Assembly (NCBI GenBank): GCA_038217285.1
Contig: JBBQPO010000233.1
Span: forward strand, 1 to 10,023
DNA length: 10,023 bases
Direction: 5' to 3'
DNA from: Chthonomonadales bacterium
GTDB lineage: Bacteria > Armatimonadota > Chthonomonadetes > Chthonomonadales > Chthonomonadaceae
A program made the translations under genes and the position numbers. Positions 1 to 5,846 of the stretch are shown in pieces (positions within the stretch are counted from its first letter, which is position 1; each line of letters begins with the position of its first letter). The notes beneath the pieces were generated by a model, which was not told the DNA's origin, did not search any database, and saw nothing but the letters and a program-made list of their open reading frames with translations.

Positions 1-1572
1 CAGGCGCGCAAAGTTTGCGGTCACGCCCATGTTTTTTAGAGCGTTGCCCGCCACAGTGATCTGCTCACTGAGGCTCAAACCACCTGTACGTACAGCCTGA
101 CCTTCGTCATCTAGGGCGTTTCGGGTGGTCTCCTCATGCACCGAGGGGACAAAAGCGTCCTTCTCAGGTGCATCATGGCGTAGCCCCAGGGTGTCTTTGA
201 CCAGTTTGAAGCCGGAAAGCAGGCCTGCTGTTTCCACGAACGAAAAGCACGAGACGGCCGACGTTTTGAAAGCGTTCCAGGAGTATTCCAATCGGCGGGA
301 GAAGGACTGCTTCCGGAGAGCGTTCGCCTCCTGGTCGGGCGATGCCCCCCTCAATGTTTCCCGAATGCGAAATGCCGGCTTCAGCAAGACCGGGCATTGG
401 GCCTGACCCTCCTGCTGACCAAAAGGAATATATTCTATCGGAAAGCCGAAGAAACCAGCGAATCCTACCGTTGCGATTCCTGGAGTTTCCGCTTCCAGAG
501 CGCGACGTAACAGTTCCGAACGTACATCGATGCAAAACACGGCCTGCACTTTAGGACGGGCCGTAGGCGCAGTGAGAGGAGGTGATGCCGTGCCAAGATG
601 CGCGAGCAACTGGCGCTGGTAAGCGTTCTCCGCTGCCAGTTGCCATAGGAAGCGCGGTAGGTGGGATTGGCTCCCAACATTTGGCATCTTCTCTGAGATG
701 CCGGTCGGTGGCCAGTAGTGTCGAAGCTCAGATGCATCGTATTTGCGGTACAGGGCGACATCGTAGACCATCCGAATGGCCAGTAGTTGGTGCAACGACT
801 CGTCGTCTCTGCCGTTCATGCGGTTGTCGCGCACCTTCTGCCGCGTATATCCGCTCCAGCCGGCTATCGACATCAGTTCGCGATGCAGAAATTCGGTCGT
901 GTCGGCAGACGCTATCTGCAAGACGTTTAGCGCCTCTGCGATTACCGTGACGACGTCATCCGGCAATCGAGCAACGCATGCACGAAAGTCGCGCAGCCCC
1001 ATCATCTCCGGATTGGCATCGCGCAAGGCGGCTTGTTTCCAGGCGGCAAAAATCGGTTCCTCCCGCCAGGGCATCCGCCAGGACGCCTGGCCTTCATCGT
1101 AGTAGGCAGAACACCACTTGGAGATCTCGTCCACCACGAAAGCAGCCCACGATGTGCCGCACTGTCGATCTACCGCATCCGCGACCGTGAAAACGGCATC
1201 TTTTGCCTGGCCCCGATCAGGTAGGCTCTCCGTATCTCGTAGCACAGCTTTAAGAGAATCCGCCGTCCATTGGTCCAGTTCCACAGCGTACTCCTGCGGC
1301 AGGGTCTGCCTGGCCTGAACGATGGCGCTGCACAGATCGGTGTTTTGAATGTGGCCAATATCGAGCTGCTGTTTATAGTAGGAGAGAGGCATGACCAGGT
1401 CGCCATGCGTCACGCGACTTAAAAGGGCGCACGCATCGACGAATGGCCTATCGGAGAGGCCGACAAACGGATTGACGGCGACGAAACTTTTCAAGGGCCA
1501 CAGCGGAGGAATGCGCGCACAGGCTTCCTCGATCCGTCTTTGTAGAACGTCGGTAGTAATGCAGTCTCTCAT
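1..1572 (-). CDS. dabA: Inorganic carbon transporter soluble subunit DabA (DUF2309/UPF0753; MpsB-like, cryptic beta-carbonic anhydrase site); 3' end outside window
   Basis: Translated by hand: ATG at 1572, preceded by AAAGGAGA, open for 524 codons to the window edge. It begins MRDCITTDVLQRRIEEACARIPPLWPLKSFVAVNPFVGL. Family motifs: ISKWCSAYYDEGQASW, GWSGY, QAVFCIDVRSE (Zn ligands C347/D349, nt 534-526), GFAGFFG, CPVLL, FSFVETAG, NFARL. It lies directly downstream of dabB. Confidence 0.96.
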   Translation of the reverse strand, partial: MRDCITTDVLQRRIEEACARIPPLWPLKSFVAVNPFVGLSDRPFVDACALLSRVTHGDLVMPLSYYKQQLDIGHIQNTDLCSAIVQARQTLPQEYAVELDQWTADSLKAVLRDTESLPDRGQAKDAVFTVADAVDRQCGTSWAAFVVDEISKWCSAYYDEGQASWRMPWREEPIFAAWKQAALRDANPEMMGLRDFRACVARLPDDVVTVIAEALNVLQIASADTTEFLHRELMSIAGWSGYTRQKVRDNRMNGRDDESLHQLLAIRMVYDVALYRKYDASELRHYWPPTGISEKMPNVGSQSHLPRFLWQLAAENAYQRQLLAHLGTASPPLTAPTARPKVQAVFCIDVRSELLRRALEAETPGIATVGFAGFFGFPIEYIPFGQQEGQAQCPVLLKPAFRIRETLRGASPDQEANALRKQSFSRRLEYSWNAFKTSAVSCFSFVETAGLLSGFKLVKDTLGLRHDAPEKDAFVPSVHEETTRNALDDEGQAVRTGGLSLSEQITVAGNALKNMGVTANFARL

Positions 1573-1637
1573 GCCGGGAATGTCTCCTTTGCAAAGTAGC
1601 CTTGTGATACCTATAGTTCACCCACCAATGGCCGTTC

Positions 1638-3236
1638 TCACCTCGGTCTTACGGGCCAGATAGCGTGGATCGCACGGTTTGCCAGCGTGTTGAAGTAGAA
1701 GCCGTTCCGAGCGTGGACATAGAGGCTGCGGCACCAGGAACGCGAAGCCCACTGTGGAAGCTGCGCTTGAAGCACCAGCATTCCTCCAAAAAGCATCCAG
1801 ATCGTAACCAGCAACACCCCATGACCTGGAGAGCGGCGCTCGCTGAGCAGCGGCAAGGCAGAGGCCAGCAAGGCTCTGAAACCGAGATGGAGCCCGAAAT
1901 AGAGCCCGCTCAGTGTGGCGCACAATAGTAGACCAGCAGTGACGAGGCGCGGCGTGATCGATTGGCCCCATATACTCCACAGCCAGTACGCCAGGGACAC
2001 CAGTAGTACGGAATGGAGAAGCGCTTCGCCCGGCTCTGCAAGGGGAGAAACACCCCAGAAATAGGCCGTCAGAGAGGTCACAAGAACAGAGGTGAACAGA
2101 GAGGCTGCGAATACGGCGGGATGCGCGGCAGGTCGTTCACGTGGAACCCAGGAAGTCTTCGATATCGCCACCACGCTGCCGGAGGAAAGAAAGGCGTGCG
2201 CCTTGTAGAGTGAGTGAGCCACAATATGCAAGACAGCAATAGAATAGGCGCCCAGCCCGCACTGCAGGAGCATAAAACCCATCTGCGCAATGGTCGAAAA
2301 GGCGAGCATCCGCTTGATGCTCGCCTGCGTCATCATCACCAGGGAGGCAAAAATGGCCGTACACGCGCCCACAATCGCCAGGGTATCCAGAGCGAGCGGT
2401 GAGAGAGAGACGATCGGGCTGAGACGCAGGATCATAAACCCGCCCGCATTGATGATGCCGGCGTGCATCAAAGCCGAAACGGGGGTTGGGGTCTCCATCG
2501 TATCGGGCAACCAGGAATGAAACGGAATTTGGGCCGATTTGAGCATCGCGGCGACTACCAGTAAGAGGCAGACTGGGATGATCGCGGGCGGTAGATGGCC
2601 ACTGGCATGGAGCGCTCCTGCATCCGCGAACAGTTCACGAAACTCCCAGGTGCCAAACACGTGGTAAACCAGTACGAGCACTGCCAGCAGGCAGAGATCC
2701 CCCAGGCGACTGATCACGAACTTTTTGCGTGCGGCGACGAGCGCGGCAGGCCGATGAGCATAAAAAGTCAGTAATTTGTGCAGCGCCAGGCTGGTGCCCA
2801 TCCACGCTCCTGCAAACAGCGCCAGATTGCCGGAGACGAGCAGCGTCAATACGGCACCTATGGTGACGCACAGCCATTTTAGAAAATACCCTTGCTCCGC
2901 ATCTCCCTGTAGGTATCGGCACGCATAGCGCGTGACGATCATCCCCAGAAAGGCTACCAATACGAGCATCACAATAGAGAGAATGTCGCAGTAAATCCCG
3001 ATCTGGAGGTGATTCCACTCCACAAAGACATTCTGAATTCGCCCAATAAAAGCTTGATGCAATGCACATAAAAGGGCAGCCGCGAACGCTAAGACGGTCA
3101 CACAGGAGGCCAGGTGAGAGATCTGCTTTGCATGGTGGTTGGCCCATCGCCTTGGCACCAACAGAAAGGCTAACAGCAGCAGTGGCCCGGATACCACAAG
3201 CATCGCTGCGGACGAACAGTTCCAAAGTAAAGGCAT
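1638..3236 (-). CDS. dabB: Inorganic carbon transporter membrane subunit DabB (NuoL/ND5/MrpA-like proton-translocating subunit, MpsA-like)
   Basis: 532-aa polytopic protein with ND5-family motifs SRLGD, KSAQIPFHSWLPDTMETPTPVSALMHAG, IKRMLAFSTIAQMGFM and HIVAHSLYKAHAFL. C-terminus LYVHARNGFYFN is DabB-like. RBS GAGGAGG lies 7 nt upstream. It is adjacent to a DUF2309 gene, with no other nuo or mrp genes in the window. Confidence 0.95.
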   Translation of the reverse strand: MPLLWNCSSAAMLVVSGPLLLLAFLLVPRRWANHHAKQISHLASCVTVLAFAAALLCALHQAFIGRIQNVFVEWNHLQIGIYCDILSIVMLVLVAFLGMIVTRYACRYLQGDAEQGYFLKWLCVTIGAVLTLLVSGNLALFAGAWMGTSLALHKLLTFYAHRPAALVAARKKFVISRLGDLCLLAVLVLVYHVFGTWEFRELFADAGALHASGHLPPAIIPVCLLLVVAAMLKSAQIPFHSWLPDTMETPTPVSALMHAGIINAGGFMILRLSPIVSLSPLALDTLAIVGACTAIFASLVMMTQASIKRMLAFSTIAQMGFMLLQCGLGAYSIAVLHIVAHSLYKAHAFLSSGSVVAISKTSWVPRERPAAHPAVFAASLFTSVLVTSLTAYFWGVSPLAEPGEALLHSVLLVSLAYWLWSIWGQSITPRLVTAGLLLCATLSGLYFGLHLGFRALLASALPLLSERRSPGHGVLLVTIWMLFGGMLVLQAQLPQWASRSWCRSLYVHARNGFYFNTLANRAIHAIWPVRPR

Positions 3237-3286
3237 CAGCGATCCTCCTCTTAGTGGAAATAATTTACCGTTTAGGGTACTATCAC

Positions 3287-3315
3287 TTCACGATTCCTAT
3301 GACACGAAGTATTAT
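3287..3315 (+). promoter_or_regulatory. Putative sigma70 promoter of the regulator operon
   Basis: TTCACG (3287-3292), a 17-nt spacer, then TATTAT (3310-3315). The -10 overlaps the -10 of the dabBA promoter on the opposite strand. Confidence 0.5.
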
Positions 3316-3340
3316 ACACGAAACATAGTTCGTATGTCAA
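3311..3340 (-). promoter_or_regulatory. sigma70-type promoter of dabBA
   Basis: Minus strand reads TTGACA (3340-3335), an 18-nt spacer, then TATAAT (3316-3311). Both hexamers are perfect consensus, about 75 nt upstream of the dabB start. Confidence 0.88.
3314..3337. promoter_or_regulatory. Palindromic candidate operator ATACACGAA-N6-TTCGTATGT (core ACGAA-N6-TTCGT)
   Basis: Inverted repeat centred at 3325/3326, with a perfect 5-bp core (3318-3322 / 3329-3333) and 7 of 9 matches in the arms. It fills the -35/-10 spacer of the dabBA promoter, next to a divergent wHTH gene. Confidence 0.7.
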
Positions 3341-3386
3341 GCGGCATGAAGCGCGTTTGACGGAATATTTTAGATGAGGAACAGAA

Positions 3387-3686
3387 ATGACAGAAGTGAG
3401 GAAATCCGCCCAGGGGTGGACATTTTTGACCAATCACGCACACGTGCTGATCTGCCTGGTGCGTGAGCCCGATTTGCGCCTACGTGATGTCGCATTACAG
3501 GTGGGTATTACAGAACGCGGTGTGCAGCGGATCGTCACGGAACTCGAAGAGGCCGGAATTTTAACGCGCAATCGTGACGGACGGCGAAATCATTATCAAG
3601 TGGATACGACCCGTCCTTTGCGTCATCCAATCGAAGCGCATTGCACGATAAGTCAACTGCTGGAGATGGTGGCAACAGATCCGTGA
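3387..3686 (+). CDS. Small winged helix-turn-helix transcriptional regulator (MarR/ArsR/AsnC-like HTH, 'WTFLTNHAHVL' type)
   Basis: 99 aa, with RBS GAGGA 6 nt upstream. HTH: LRDVALQVGITERGVQRIVTELEEAG; wing: RNRDGRRNHYQV. Divergent from dabB. Confidence 0.9.
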   Translation: MTEVRKSAQGWTFLTNHAHVLICLVREPDLRLRDVALQVGITERGVQRIVTELEEAGILTRNRDGRRNHYQVDTTRPLRHPIEAHCTISQLLEMVATDP

Positions 3687-3737
3687 AGATTCGTGTTTGA
3701 GCGACTCAGAAGAATGTCTTTTTCAAGGAGCGTTACT

Positions 3738-4868
3738 GTGGCGATTGGTATGACGTATGCGCGAGCGCGATTGTGGCTGGGAATCAGTTGCGTGGGAACG
3801 ATGGTCGTGGTTTCAATTCTGTTGTTGCTGTTCCGGGTTCCGGCGTATCTGCTTACGACGGGGATGGCACCGTTCGGTACGGAGGTCGCGGAGTTAGTAG
3901 GAGTTCTGTTCGCCTATGCGTTCCTGAGCATCCCCTTCGACTTTTTCGGCGGCTACATCCTGCCGAAAGAGTACGAGCGTTCCACGCTTCGTTTCCCGCA
4001 GTTTCTCGGTAGATGGCTGCGCGGCGTCATACTTCACAGCACGATTTTGCTGCTGATCGCCCTTGCTCTGTTGCACGCGGCGAAGGTGGGCGGCTTCCCC
4101 ATGTTTCTCGGCGCGTATCTTACTCTCAACCTCGTCTTGCTGCTCCTGCAAGCCCTGCTTGCAAATCTTCTCGGCGGTACGACGTATCGTAAGACGGATA
4201 CAGAGACGGCGCCATCCAAAGTGCTTTTCGCCGTAAATCCGAATCCCTACTACACGGGCGGCATTGCGGGATTGCCGGGTATGGAGCGCGTGATTGTGCC
4301 GGAATGGTGGCGAACTGAGTTCTCGGCGGAACAACTGGAAACGATACTGCTTCGTCGAACAGCCGTCCTGCGAAATGGTTCTCGCACACGCGGACTACTG
4401 CTGGCTCTGCTCTGGAATACCTTCGGGGTGTGTCTCTGCGCGTTGCTGTCGGGGCATCTCGCGACAGTTGGGGGAGTGGTCACGTTCAGCCTATGGTTCA
4501 CGCTCTGGAATTTCATCGGGCTGTTGCTGTTGCCTGCGCCGTCGCAAAGAGGTGTGTTTGGCGGCGATACGTTCGCGCTACGGCACGGTGCAAAAATGCA
4601 GACGCTGGAAGCTATTATCGCGCAACTCGACTCGTACCAGGACGATGAGGTTTCCCGCGTTCCCAGCGTTGAGACCTATTTCCATCCGATTCCCTCCGTC
4701 GAGCGGCGGCTGACTATGCTCGATGCGGGCGGTTCTGCCGAAATCGGCGCGTGGAATGGGGCAAGAATGGCGATCTATCTCTCGTGGGCAGGCGGCAGTT
4801 TCCTCTCCCGCGCCGTCCATTGCAACTGCGGACGCCCCGATGTCTGGGTCTTCCTGCCGTGCGATTAA
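3738..4868 (+). CDS. Polytopic membrane protein, degenerate M48 (Ste24/HtpX-like) peptidase fold lacking HExxH; His/Cys-rich C-terminus
   Basis: The ORF is open from 3693; the best start is GTG at 3738, 7 nt after AAGGAG (3725-3730). It has several hydrophobic segments. Collinear M48-like blocks: LSIPFDFFGGYILPKEYERS, NPYYTG..ERVIV, FSAEQLETILLRRTAV, SQRGVFGGDTFA, FHPIPSVERRL. It ends RAVHCNCGRPDVWVFLPCD. The CDS is well supported; the fold assignment is by eye. Confidence 0.75.
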   Translation: MAIGMTYARARLWLGISCVGTMVVVSILLLLFRVPAYLLTTGMAPFGTEVAELVGVLFAYAFLSIPFDFFGGYILPKEYERSTLRFPQFLGRWLRGVILHSTILLLIALALLHAAKVGGFPMFLGAYLTLNLVLLLLQALLANLLGGTTYRKTDTETAPSKVLFAVNPNPYYTGGIAGLPGMERVIVPEWWRTEFSAEQLETILLRRTAVLRNGSRTRGLLLALLWNTFGVCLCALLSGHLATVGGVVTFSLWFTLWNFIGLLLLPAPSQRGVFGGDTFALRHGAKMQTLEAIIAQLDSYQDDEVSRVPSVETYFHPIPSVERRLTMLDAGGSAEIGAWNGARMAIYLSWAGGSFLSRAVHCNCGRPDVWVFLPCD

Positions 4869-5017
4869 ATCGCAATGCCTCCGTGCTTCTTCATTTCCGG
4901 TGTTGGCACGATACTGATTCTGCCGTCCACTTCAAACAAGACATGGGAATTATAGCGGTTCCTTGCTCGTTACAACAGTGCACAGTAATGTATTCTTTCG
5001 TGCCAGGAGTAGAGACC

Positions 5018-5665
5018 ATGTTCATAACCAGAAATGTTTTGTCCGCCCTATTAGCTGTCACCGGAAGCACCTTGATGGCCGCTCTGACCGTCAGTGCACA
5101 GGAAAAGCCAGTCGGGCAGGAAGAGAAGGCCGCAGGCAACAAAGTGGCCCCCCAAGCGAAATACGTGAAACTGAAGACCACCCTCTACACCCTTGAGCTA
5201 CCCGCTGGCTGGGAGGCAGGCCCCGAGACGCCTTTCGGGCAGCGTGAGATCAAGCCCATGCGGGCGACCGATATGGGAAAGCCAGCCGAGAAGTCTGTCG
5301 AGCAGGACTCGATCAAAGGGGACGAAGGGCAGTCCCTCGGTGGAATGACCGCCATGACCGCACAGGGGTTGACCACGTCCTCCTGGGACCAACTCTACAA
5401 GACGTCGCTCTTTTACATCACGCGCTATGACCGCAGCGACAAGATTAAGGCGACCCCCTACAAACTCTCCAAAACGAAGCGGGGCCTGGCGTCCTGCTCC
5501 TGGACGATGCAGGACGCAGAGGGCGTATCCCACGCGCGCTACACTATTCTGAAAAGCCCGAAAGGGCCTATTCTTGCGCTCAGCGTCAAGTTCCCGAACA
5601 AGGCGAGCCAGAAACGCCTCGACGCCTATTTCCAGCATGTCGTGGACACGGCCCTCTTCAACTAA
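5018..5665 (+). CDS. Secreted/periplasmic hypothetical protein (215 aa), possibly PsbP/Mog1-like fold
   Basis: AGGAG RBS just upstream of the ATG at 5018. Sec-type signal peptide MFITRNVLSALLAVTGSTLMAALTVSA|QE. The pattern YTLELPAGWE ... DAYFQHVVDTALF recalls PsbP-like domains (weak). Confidence 0.75.
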   Translation: MFITRNVLSALLAVTGSTLMAALTVSAQEKPVGQEEKAAGNKVAPQAKYVKLKTTLYTLELPAGWEAGPETPFGQREIKPMRATDMGKPAEKSVEQDSIKGDEGQSLGGMTAMTAQGLTTSSWDQLYKTSLFYITRYDRSDKIKATPYKLSKTKRGLASCSWTMQDAEGVSHARYTILKSPKGPILALSVKFPNKASQKRLDAYFQHVVDTALFN

Positions 5666-5761
5666 CAGTCCTGGACTCACTGCTCGAATGCCTGGCGCTC
5701 CATGACCAACCGCTCGCTCATGTCCAGATCGAAACGACCATAGAGATGAACAAAGGGTGGT

Positions 5762-5833
5762 GAACCGCCGTATGCGGATCCGCATGAACGATGGTGTGAG
5801 AGGCGGAGCCTGAGAAGACTCCGCCTACTCGAT
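5762..5833 (+). mobile_element. Group II intron 3' remnant (domains V and VI, class IIC-like), degenerate, no RT ORF in window
   Basis: GAACCGCCGTATGCG-GATC-CGCATGAACGATGGT matches a short DV with CGC triad and AY bulge. GAG-AGGCGGAG...CTCCGCCT-A-CTC matches DVI with a bulged branch A at 5827. The element ends in ...CGAT (AY 3' terminus). Confidence 0.85.
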
Positions 5834-5846
5834 GACGTATCCCGCG

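Noticed and set aside
1604-1621. GTGA-N10-TCAC in the dabB-dabA gap, sharing ATAGTTC with the operator
   Set aside because: Only 4-bp arms and different spacing from the main palindrome; likely chance.
125-1663. Many short ORFs in the track over 125-1663
   Set aside because: All are alternative-frame or antisense to the uninterrupted dabA frame, which the track omitted because it has no stop in the window.
1638-3236. Annotation as respiratory complex I nuoL or Mrp antiporter mrpA
   Set aside because: No other nuo or mrp genes in the window, the TM5 Glu is missing, and the gene is paired with DUF2309, so it is DabB.
4751-5017. N-terminal extension of the 304-aa ORF
   Set aside because: It overlaps the upstream gene; the RBS and signal peptide point to ATG 5018.
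5671-5763. Short frame LDSLLECLALHDQ...NKGW* ending at DV, as a remnant of the intron RT/maturase C-terminus
   Set aside because: The position fits, but no diagnostic motif is present; it cannot be supported without a search.
4859-5833. GTGCG at 4859 as the 5' end of an intact intron carrying the secreted-protein gene
   Set aside because: The pentamer lies inside the upstream CDS, no domain I-III structure is recognisable, and DV is damaged.
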